A stretch of 62,732 bases of DNA, counting the filler, from Basidiobolus meristosporus CBS 931.73 (lineage: Eukaryota; Fungi; Basidiobolomycota), in the NCBI GenBank assembly GCA_002104905.1. It is 3 parts of 3 records of this genome, joined end to end, with 100 filler letters (N's around TTAATTAATTAA, not from the genome) between each part and the next. Parts side by side here need not be neighbours in the genome. Positions count along the whole stretch, not along the records: positions 34,101 to 62,732 come from MCFE01000880.1; 2 more parts are not named here. One strand, written 5' to 3'. Both the position numbers and the translations under genes were made by a program. Below the pieces are notes generated by a model. It had not been told where the DNA came from, made no database searches, and worked only from the letters and a program-made list of their open reading frames with translations. Positions 50,585 through 60,295 of the stretch are shown one piece after another; the first letter of the stretch is position 1, and every line of letters begins with the position of its first letter.

Positions 50585-52491
50585 CTAGTCCCAGTCGGAC
50601 TCGTCGCTCTCCTCCGGTTCGGCCTCGGAATCTAAACGCAAGGTTAGGACTGGTGCTTACGGGGATGAGGGGATGAGGGGAGGATGCCACCCCACAACGG
50701 GAAACGAACTCACCACTGAGCGCGAGGACTCGGCTGCGCTGGGAAAGTGCGCTCGCCAACGCTTCCGCGAGTTCCCCTCGGTTCTGCACCGCGGGACGAC
50801 GGAGTTTCGATCGGTCCACCTGAGGGTTGGGGTGGTCAGTGGAGGGGCGTGAGGGAGGGGAGGGGTGCCAAGTCGGGCCACGGTTCGGATCAACCACTTA
50901 CCTTGCGTAGGGAGGCCACGCCCCCGGCGTTGCGGATGTTCGAGAGAAGGGTGTCCCGTAGGTTCGGGTCTGACGCCGTCACCCGGACCTCGTTCTGCTG
51001 AAGTTCGATGTGTCGTAGTCCCTTCACCCCGCCGACACCGCGGATACTGCTGAGCAGATCGGACGAGGACACCGAGCCTCGGATCCCCGTAAGTCGCCCA
51101 GGGACCGCGGACAATGGCTTGTCGGTGACGGGGACGGTGGTCGGGAGGTCCGCGGGCGGCTCCGGGGTCGGGGTGAGGGCAGGGGTTGGCAGAGAGGGCA
51201 TCGGTGGTGGCGGCGGAGGCGGAGGTGGCAACGCCGCTTGGGACGGGGAGCCAGGCGGGGATAAAGGATCAGCCATCACCTTCGCCGTGACCTCCGCAGG
51301 GTTCCCTTCGCCGGTGGGACCACCGTGGGCCTCGACGAAGTCGTAGATGAACCGTCGGGTCTGCTTCGTGTTCAGTCGATCCATGGTCAATCCGTACTTC
51401 CCCAACTCCTCAAAGAGCTGGCTCCACTCGGGGTCCACGTTTTGAACCTGTCGTATACGGAGGGGAGGGAGAAGGTTGGTGAGCCTGGGAATGAGGTGGG
51501 GATCGAGAGGGACCGGGTACTTGCATCGAATCCGAGCTCCGGGTTGAATCCAACATGGCCAACGTGTCTGCACGGGAAACATCCGGGTGAGTGGGGGGGG
51601 GTGCGGAAACATGGTGGGTGCACGGGCTGGTTACCTGAAATTCGACGGGGTTCCGATCATAGACTTGTCCAGCTTCGGCTTTGAAGGGCCGACCAGCAAC
51701 GAGGCGAGACCGACCGGATTCCCTAACGAGAAGATGAACCCTGGGCAGTAGTTCATCAGCGAAGGGCCCTCCACCGGGGATTTCTTCTCCTGGAGCGACC
51801 TGGATTCTGGGTGGAATGGGGATGGTGAGTTATCAGCTGACCTGGCCGGCGGGCGGGGGGGGTACGATCACTTACTCTTCAACCGCTGTCGGTTGCCTAG
51901 CCTCTCCCTGGAAAGAACCTTCTGATAGAAGACGTGGGCCTCGTGCTCCTCCGCAAAGGAGAACGCCATCAGCTTGCCCTTGAAATAGGTTAACTCGAGT
52001 TGCGTCAACGTGGGGTGGGCCAAGGTACGCTACCTCCAGATGAAACGAGTGGAAGTAGGCTCGCTCCTGCACGTACTCAAAACCCGGCTCAAGCTCCATC
52101 TCCCATAGGATCCCTTCCTCGTCCTGGTAACAGAAGGTCAGGCTCGTTTCTCGCAACCACCAACCCAACCCACCGCTATGCGCTTACCTTCAAACCGACC
52201 AGCCGGAAGTGGAACTTGTCCACCAGCTGGTCCCTTACGAGGGCCAGCGCCCCGCATTTCCCCGTCACCTCCCAACTCGACTTGCCATCCACCTCGGAGG
52301 CGACGTACAGCTCCGCCACGGTGGCGGTCAGGATCTTCTACTCAACCTGGGTTACTACACTCCCGACCAGACGTACAAACAAACCCCGGTTGGAGGCGGG
52401 GGGGGGGTAGGAGACTTACGTTGGTTCCGGAGCCCACGCATCGCTTCACCCGGGCCTTGTCCTCCACGTTCGCTAAGGTTAAAGAGGGCAT
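50585..52491 (-). CDS. WSP1: WASP/Las17-family actin nucleation-promoting factor with WH1, CRIB/GBD, poly-Pro, two WH2 and C-A domains
   Basis: MPSLTLANVEDKARVKR; TATVAELY; LWEMEL..FEY..ERAYFHSF; IGTPSNFRHVGHVG; IYDFVEAHGG; PPPPPPPP; ..LRHI/..LRKV; DESDWD*. Confidence 0.9.
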
Positions 52492-53449
52492 ACTGTGGTT
52501 ATGATTGGTATCAGTGGTTAGGTAGAGCGGTTAGTGGGTAGATTATGTGCGGTGCGGTGAATGAATTGGATGAAATATAAGGTTGCGACAGCCATTGGAT
52601 GAACCCCGCCATTTCCTTATTATTTATTCCATTTCTATTGTGACCGGCGACATCATCCCCCCCGATTCACGTGATCTGGCCATTGTACCATCACAATCGC
52701 ATCCATTCACTCGTTACAATGATCCACCGTATGTTGGCCACATTCACTAACCAAGTTGGCGGACTGATGGAATCTGGCTTTGCATCATCGCCTGCCACCT
52801 TGATTGAGGTTATCTGATAATGTGTAACTGCGGATGTATGTCACTCCTGATGCACTAGCCCACATGGCAAGTAGGATCACTTGGACTACCCATCAATGGA
52901 TCCAAACATATGTCCATAAATCTGGCTGGTGCAAGTGATATTCTAATGGAAAGTACAGTGTGAAAGTCATCAGATATCCAACTGGTTAAGAGTGGTATAT
53001 AGGGTGCTTATAGAAGCATTTTGCCACATACAATGGACCAAGTTGGACATTGTGCAAATGTGAAGATTTTATCATATTGACTAAGCCTAATTGTGGTATA
53101 TGATATTTAGATTTGTCTCTAGCCAATGGTTTGATGAATATATATATCTGCAATCATCTCTTCTGTAGGACAGTAAGCAAGTCTAACCAATTTATTCTCT
53201 ATTGCCTCTACTATGAGATGATGTCCAATGTTCAAATGCTGAGCTCAGCCAAGGAAAGTTGGATTTCTACCCAGTTTATACATCCTTGATTATCTTAAAT
53301 ATTGTAGTAACTGTTTTTTGACAGAAGCCAGTATCCTTAAAGAGTCCTCTTGGCCACATTGACTCTTTTATAGCCTCACAAAATGGATTGTGTGCCTATC
53401 TCCCCTCAAAACTGCATGAGAATGGCAAAATCCCAATGTGTGATGTTAC

Positions 53450-54152
53450 AGTTGTAAGAGTCATGGAGATATTGAAAGTGATTGAAAGAAGGAGTAGATT
53501 ATGAGGTTTTCACATAAGGATCTATTGAATGTAAAAGTAGTAGTTATACTTTTACATGGTCTTGGCATTAAAAACATGTAGAATATATTAAGAAAGGTCC
53601 CAAGAACATGTATGCAAAGTTTGTGGTTGTTTGGACAACTTTGAGAATTTTCATGTTCTGGGTACCTGGTATTTTGGTGAAAATATTTTAAGTAAATCCC
53701 AACAAGGAACTTGGGTCAGTATTCTCTAGGATATGAAGGTAATGATCTAAGTGACTAAGTTAGGTGAATATCTAGGTGGAAATACAAATTTTTACAACAA
53801 ATATCAGGTACCCAGAACATGAAAATTCTCAAAATTGTTCAAACAACGCAAGCTTTGCACACATGTTCTTGGGACCTTTCTTAACCTATTATACATGTTT
53901 GTAATGCCAAGACCAGGTAAAAGTATAAATACTACTTTTACATTCAATAAATCATGATGTGAAAACCTCATAATCTACTTCTTCTCTCAATCACTTTCAA
54001 TATCTCCATGACTCTAACAACAATATTTAGGTAAGATATTCAAAGTAAATCCCAACAAGGAATATAGGTCAGTATTCTCTAAGATCTGTAGGTAATGATC
54101 TAAGTGATTAAGTTTGGTGAATATTTAGGTGGAATTACAAATTTATACAACA
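53450..54152. repeat. Rearranged LTR family 1 block: full copy 53450-53799(-), distal part 53800-54022(+), proximal part 54023-54152(-)
   Basis: Similarity to the LTR consensus. A copia RNase H remnant lies at ~53040-53300(-). Confidence 0.85.
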
Positions 54153-55330
54153 CTCCCACCCAACTAGATGTTCATACAGACCAGTGCTAATTGTGACCAA
54201 AGATATTCAATTTTGTCTCTAGCTAATGGTTTGGTAAATGTGTCTGCAATCATTTCATCTATAAGACAGTAAACTAAGTTAGATGGCACCAAGCTCTCTT
54301 GACTTGGTAGGGTTTTGACCAAGCTAAGGTTTGTCTCCATTGGGGTAGCTGCTGGTTTGCAGTCTTCCATTTAGTACTTCTTGAGTATATCTTGAACATA
54401 CTTGGATTGGCCTAGGGTGATGGTCTGGGTACTTCTGGCTATGGAGAGCTTTATCCCTAGGTGGTAACTGAGTTCTCCTAGATTGGACACCTTGAACTCC
54501 TTAGATAGGCTGGATTTAGTCTCTTCCAAAGTTGCTAGGTTATTGGTGGCTATAATAAGATCATCCACATACAGAGCTAATAGAACTGGATATACTCTAT
54601 CTGGCTTATAGTATACACTTGAGTCAGCAGCATTCCTTTTGAAACTCAAAGATCCCAAATAAGAATCTATCTTGCAATTACCAACTTTCAGTGATTGCTT
54701 GAGTCTATATAGAGATTTAGTACACAAAATATTCTATTATAACTCCTATTTTTAAGGTATACAACTGTGGCATCTGATTCTGCCCAAAAATCATAGGATA
54801 GTTTTTGATCATGGATCATAGAACTAGCCATACCAGTTATTGATCTGTTTGCATGTTCTGCCACTCCATTTTGCTACGGAGAGTATGATACAGTAGTCTC
54901 TTACTTTATCCCATGAATTTTGCAGAAGTGGATACGCAGTTTTGAGGTATATTCTCCCAATTGTCAGAGTATATTTTATTAATTTTTTTGCCAGTTTCTC
55001 TCTCCACCATGACTTTAAGCTCCCTGAACTTAAAAAGAGCTTCTTCCTTTCTCTACATGAAGTAGATCTATGTGTATATTGTGTAATCATCATCAAAAGT
55101 GTTTAAATATTTCATCCCACCTAAGGGTGTATTTTGCATAAGTCCACAGAAATCCAAGTGAAATAAATCTAGTTTTTTCTTAGCTTTGATTAGCCCAAAG
55201 ATCTTGAACAGTTGTCTAGCTTGTTTCCTATATATATTGGCTGCACAGTGCTCCAAATTAGCTGGGGGATCAATTTTTACTCCAGAAATTAGCTGATCTT
55301 TGATCATTTGCACAAATAATCAAGATTGAT
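54153..55330 (-). mobile_element. Internally deleted Ty1/copia pol
   Basis: PPT at 54153-54160; LDLFHLDFCG..TPLGGMKY; LALYVDDLII; SNLGELSYHLG; DEMIADTFTKPL. Confidence 0.88.
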
Positions 55331-55619
55331 GGGCCCAAATCTCCTGTGCAAAAGCATTAGAGTTGCTTCATTTAAGCTACTTATGTTGGCTACCAGGGAT
55401 GATGAAATATAAGTTAAACTGCCTAGATTCTGATCTCCAATACCCAGAGCAATATGGGCAGCATTTGATTAGTGATCCTTCATCCAGAATTGTCAATGCT
55501 GAAACTGAGACCTTCTACTGTGGCCTTGCTTACAGATAGTAGGCTCCTGGCAATTACTGGTGCAAAGAGTACTTCTTTGAGGGTAGGTGTGACTTCCTTA
55601 ACTGCTTCTAAGCTTTACC

Positions 55620-56130
55620 TGGATGGTCCCTTCTCCACTGTATCAATTTACTATGTGATACTTGCACTGCTGCCATATGCCTTTTATTGCTGGTAACATA
55701 TTCATCTGCAAGCATATGCTTGGTAGCCATCACTTTTGCCATGTATACCTCTTGAATATGTAAAAAATACTTTTTGGTTATTGGCCAATACAGTCCTTGT
55801 ACCTGCTGAATTCTAGCCACTGTTGTAGGTGCACTCTGGTACTTGTTTGTGTGAATTCTGCATTGAAAGATGTGATAATCTGTTTGTATCCAGGAGAAAC
55901 CTGGTAAACTCTTGTAAAGCTGTTCCAATTATAATTAGTTGCTTGTTGCATCCAACCCATCCTTGCATTACTAAACTGATTACCCATGCAATGGGGCTAC
56001 TTAGCTTCTAACTGCCAAAGGCATAGGGGTCTCCATGAGGACATCTGTGCTCAGCATTTCCCAGCTCTTCCTGGCTGTCCTTGGTATGGTAACTCATCAT
56101 AGCCATGATGGACTTGAGAACATATTCTTG
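55620..56130 (-). mobile_element. Second copy of the CACTA-like element 3' region
   Basis: The reverse complement aligns by eye with ~11490-11960. Confidence 0.7.
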
Positions 56131-56247
56131 ATGAGATTTGGATATAATAGGGTTAGTTGAAAATCACCAAGTGCACTGCAAAACCCACTTGTTTGCCAAA
56201 CCACTACCAATATCTCCAGCTCTCTAACGGTAGCCAATGCCCAGTAT

Positions 56248-56464
56248 TGTAGTAGGAGGTTTGGAGAAATTGGAAGTAATTGGGAGAACAAGTAGACTAT
56301 GTGATTTTCACCTGATGATTTATTGAATGTAAAAGTGGATTTTTTACCATGACATTGACTTGGCAAAACAGGCACAAAAAACATGATTGGGGAGGTCCCA
56401 AGAGCATATAGGCAAAGTTTGTGGCTGCTTGCACAACTTGTTGAGATTTGATATTCTAGGCACC
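56248..56464 (-). repeat. Degenerate LTR family 1 truncated at its central palindrome, abutting the terminal array
   Basis: LTR similarity stops at TTCTAGGCACC (consensus TTCTGGGTACC), followed by CAATCT-GTTAGGG. Confidence 0.75.
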
Positions 56465-56474
56465 CAATCTGTTA

Positions 56475-56951
56475 GGGGAGGAAAGTCACCAAGTGGTGAA
56501 ATCTTTATTTACTTATGACAAGTTTCTAAAGAAGCCAAGTTAATCTGAAGTTATTCCTAGAAAGCTAGGTCTGAGAGATATCTTCCTGGTAAGCCAGGTC
56601 TGAGAGTTGAGAGGCTGAGTGGTACTGTATTTCCTAGTTAGCTAGGTCTGAGAGAGGTTTCCTGGAAAGCCAGGCCTGAGAAGTGAGAATCTGAATATAT
56701 CTGAGCTAAGTTATACTGGTTTGCGGTAGCTGAATTGTGGCCAGAATGGCCAGTAGACTGGGGGAACTGAGATGAATTTCTGGGCAATCACTGGCCAAAT
56801 TTACTAGGCAAATCTGACCAGTTAGCATTTCAAGGATTTCAGCCAATCAGAGCCTTTACTTTGCCCAATGGTTGATCAAGCCATCTCCCAATGAGCACAC
56901 ATCAATTTATTGATTGAATTTTGCTGGATCCAGGATTTGAACCCACAACCA
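56475..56951 (-). mobile_element. Putative tRNA-derived SINE, copy 1 (5'-truncated: B box only)
   Basis: Near-identical to 59768-60246; B box GGTTCAAATCC at 56933-56943; 3' terminus shared with the LINEs; preceded by GTTAGGG (56471-56477). Confidence 0.7.
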
Positions 56952-59760
56952 GGGGAGGGAAAGTCACCAAGTTAGTGAAATCTTTATTTGAGTTAAGAAC
57001 TAATCTAAGTACAAATAAAGAAGCCAATTCAGAGGTCTAGAGCCTCTCTAATAAGTAATCTAATTTATGTTTTGTTTCATCTCTAATGTTTGCTTCAATA
57101 AAGTAAAGCTCATCAGGGGTAAATATAAAATTCAGGGGTTTTGGGGGAAGTACAAATTGTAGATGTTTCTGATCAATATAATCCAAGACTGGAACCCAGC
57201 CTGGGATTAAGTGCAGTAGGAAAGGTGTGTGGACTTGTAAGTAGCTCTACCACATAGATCTTAGATGGTCCTGAGCCAGTAGTCTTGGTTTCTCAGCTTT
57301 TTGAAGTTTTGAAGCAAGCTCTGTTACTACAGCAGAGCCAACCAGGGTGTGCCAGCAAGAAGATTTCAGGGAGGAGTTAGATTGAAGCCATTGTTTAATG
57401 GAGGGGTTATGTGATTTCTGAAGTTTGACTAGGAAGGAAGCACGGAGATAGATCATTCGGATTTGGTATGGGTAGAACCCAAAGGCTCCATTAGTTGCAT
57501 GGATATAGGGAGATACTGGAAGATAAGGTACCAAGGATCTGATACACTGATGGAGAAATTTATCCAGGCAGTGAAGTTCTCTGGAGGTTAGGGGTATAAT
57601 GTGGAGACCAAATTCAAGTACTGGCAGCACATACTGCTTCAGAAGTATAGGGATCTTTTGAATTGGAGTGTCTGGAGTGACTACTACCAGAAGCTTTTTG
57701 AGAGCCTGTTGGGCAAGACGGATCCTATTATTCAGGTGGAGCTTGGAGTCAATCCCATGTTGACAAAACGGCAGACCTAGATATATTGCAGTTTGTTGTG
57801 GCAGAATGCTAGTGTTTTGTATAGTTGTAGTGCATCCTATTGGGACTGTCTTGGAAATTGAGAGTGAGAGGTTGTTGGCAGCCAAGTACTTCTCAATGAT
57901 GGCAGTGTCTGCTATGGGATTAGGAGTAGCAATCTTGATATCATCCGCATAGAGAGTTAGTAGTGGATAGGGAGAGTCTGGTGAGGGGCCTTTTGGAAAT
58001 AAAGGAAAGTCATGTAGGAATATCACAAATAATAAGGGACCTAGTACAGATCCTTGGACTACTCCATTTGGAACCTCATAAGTCTCTGATGTACAACTTG
58101 GATGCAAAATTTTGGCTGAGTTCTCACAAAATAGAGAACGTACAAGAAGGGTCATTGGTAGTGCGGTAACTGCTAATAGCTTTCTCCAAAGCAGAGCTCT
58201 GTCCACAGAGTCAAAGGCTTTAGTAATGTCAAACAGAATGGTTGGCAATGAGAATTGAAGTGAATGATCATGGCTTAGCACTACAGCCATATCCAAGGAG
58301 AGTTTGGGCAAGAAGCCAAACTGAGAAGGATGGAATGGATATAGTTGAGATTGCAAGGATTTTGCTATTATAAGCTCAAAGATTTTCCGGCAGGTTGGTA
58401 GGAGTGAAACTGGCCGGTAAGAACCTGGGAGTGAGTGTTTCCCCTTCCCTTTGTATAAGGGTATTACATTTGCCTGTGACCAGGCCTTTGGGGTAGTCAA
58501 TTGTTGGGCACAGATAGAGTAGAATGGGATAAGTAAGTGACTCATTTTGGAGTAGCACACCCGGAGTAGATCGTAGGTAATCAAGTCATGTCCAGGTGCA
58601 GTATTTGCAGGAAGCTTCTTTAAAATTTTCTCCAGAAGCTTTGCTGAAACCAAAATTGGAGATGTTGTACTGCTAGATATGTCACCAGTATGGTAGAAAG
58701 GAGGAGTGGGATGCATGGTTGAATCAAAGAATATAGGGGCCAGTTTGTCTGGTGATGGTATACTCCTTGCTTGGGGTCTCATGGCTTTGTATACTCTTGA
58801 TATGGACCTTGTGGTGGCATTCATATTTACTAAGGGCAAGGTATCCATGATATGAGCCCATAATCTAGTATGCTCAGTGATCTGTAGTGACTTGGAGTAG
58901 GAGATTGCGCTTTCCAGGAGGTTGTGTGTTTTTGGGTTAGGGAAACATAGGTAGCTGGAATTTAAGGCAGAAATGATGGATTTCCATTTAAGTTGGTTTG
59001 CAGATGGCTTTTGGTAGGACTTGGTGGGCAGGGCCAGACAGCCAGTGATTATGATGAAATGCTGGTAAAATAGCCATAATGCATTTACATCATCACAAAT
59101 CCATGCGGGTAAGCTGGGAAATGCATATTCTGTAAGCAAGGATAGATAGTTGGCAAAGTCCTGTGTCTGTGATACTGAAGCTTTGGCTGGCAGGATTGTA
59201 AATGGCTGAAGAAGGGTGCCAATTGGTAGGGTTTTTCTGGCAGAAATGATAATATGTATTGGCTTGTGATCAGATTTCTCTAGTGAACCACAGCTGATAT
59301 CCTCTGGCATGCTTGTAACCTGGTGGATGTACTGTAAGGCAGCTGGAGTGGCTGTTACCCAGTCAACACAACGTTGAGCTTGCTGAGTGTTTACAGTGAC
59401 CAGATGGTTTTGTCGGAGGATCTTTGTAAAGTGCTCCTCTTGGGTTCTAAGTCTGGATGAAATAGTGGTGATATTTTCAGGGTGGGGAATATTTATATCT
59501 CCCACTACCATACAAGGGATTGATGAGCTGTTAATGAATTCTGATGTGGCCAAGAAATTGCCAGTGTTATGGAGATAGACAGAGATGGAGGGAGATAGAT
59601 AATAATGGCTACTATAGTTGGAAGTGTTAGAGCATAGCAGTAATACTCATAGATGATGGATACATTTGTTGAGGGTGCAAGCTTAGAAGATGAAAGAGCA
59701 ACAAGTGCCATTGAGTGAGCTGGAAATTTTGGGTGAGCAGATGAATATGCATTCAGTCTA
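56952..59760 (-). mobile_element. Non-LTR retrotransposon (APE-RT LINE), copy 1, 5'-truncated
   Basis: Contains ORF 57247..59553 and upstream APE residues (IIIYLPP at ~59600) in another frame; ~300-bp 3' UTR; no poly(A). Confidence 0.92.
57247..59553 (-). CDS. APE endonuclease (C-terminal half) plus reverse transcriptase
   Basis: VVGDIN, CVDWV, SDHKP; TAPGHD, YRPVSLL, QFGF, DITKAFDSV, GVVQGSVLGPLLF, LYADD. Confidence 0.92.
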   Translation of the reverse strand: MATSEFINSSSIPCMVVGDINIPHPENITTISSRLRTQEEHFTKILRQNHLVTVNTQQAQRCVDWVTATPAALQYIHQVTSMPEDISCGSLEKSDHKPIHIIISARKTLPIGTLLQPFTILPAKASVSQTQDFANYLSLLTEYAFPSLPAWICDDVNALWLFYQHFIIITGCLALPTKSYQKPSANQLKWKSIISALNSSYLCFPNPKTHNLLESAISYSKSLQITEHTRLWAHIMDTLPLVNMNATTRSISRVYKAMRPQARSIPSPDKLAPIFFDSTMHPTPPFYHTGDISSSTTSPILVSAKLLEKILKKLPANTAPGHDLITYDLLRVCYSKMSHLLIPFYSICAQQLTTPKAWSQANVIPLYKGKGKHSLPGSYRPVSLLPTCRKIFELIIAKSLQSQLYPFHPSQFGFLPKLSLDMAVVLSHDHSLQFSLPTILFDITKAFDSVDRALLWRKLLAVTALPMTLLVRSLFCENSAKILHPSCTSETYEVPNGVVQGSVLGPLLFVIFLHDFPLFPKGPSPDSPYPLLTLYADDIKIATPNPIADTAIIEKYLAANNLSLSISKTVPIGCTTTIQNTSILPQQTAIYLGLPFCQHGIDSKLHLNNRIRLAQQALKKLLVVVTPDTPIQKIPILLKQYVLPVLEFGLHIIPLTSRELHCLDKFLHQCIRSLVPYLPVSPYIHATNGAFGFYPYQIRMIYLRASFLVKLQKSHNPSIKQWLQSNSSLKSSCWHTLVGSAVVTELASKLQKAEKPRLLAQDHLRSMW

Positions 59761-59767
59761 GAGGTTA

Positions 59768-60288
59768 GGGGGGAGGAAAGTCACCAAGTGGTGAAATCTT
59801 TATTTACTTATGACAAGTATTTAAAGAAGCCAAGTTAATCTGAAGTAATTCCTAGAAAGCTAGGTCTGAGAGATATCTTCCTGGTAAGCCAGGTCTGAGA
59901 GTTGAGAAGCTGAGTGGTACTATATTTCCTAGTTAGCTAGGTCTGAGAGAGGTTTCCTGGAAAGCCAGGCCTGAGAAGTGAGAATCTGAGTATATCTGAG
60001 GTGAGTTGTACTGATTTGCGGTAGCTTGTTTGTGGCCAGAATGGCCAGTAGACTGGGGGAACTGAGGGGTATTTCTGGGCGATCACTGGCCAAATTTACT
60101 AGGCAAATTTGACCAATTAGCATTTCAAGGATTTCAGCCAATCAGAGCCTTTACTTTGCCCGATGGCTGATCAAGCCATCTCCCAATGAGCACACATCAA
60201 TTTATTGATCAAATTTTGTTGGATCCAGGATTTGAACCCACAACCATGGGTATGGAAGGGTTAGGGATAACCACAAGGCTAAGTGTTC
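59768..60288 (-). mobile_element. Putative tRNA-derived SINE, copy 2 (apparently full length)
   Basis: A-box-like TAGCCTTGTGG (60271-60281) and B box GGTTCAAATCC (60228-60238) at tRNA spacing; four internal hairpins; LINE-type 3' end; GGTTAGGG at both flanks. Confidence 0.7.
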
Positions 60289-60295
60289 TTGGTTA

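Noticed and set aside
57075-57120. Hammerhead-like CTGATGAG..AAAC on the minus strand in the LINE 1 3' UTR
   Set aside because: No convincing stems I and III, the GAAA core is imperfect, and it is absent from copy 2. The RT is APE-LINE type, not Penelope-like.
60228-60288. Functional tRNA gene or telomerase RNA
   Set aside because: The acceptor stem does not pair, there is no anticodon arm, and the unit is duplicated within a retroelement array. Treated as a SINE head instead.
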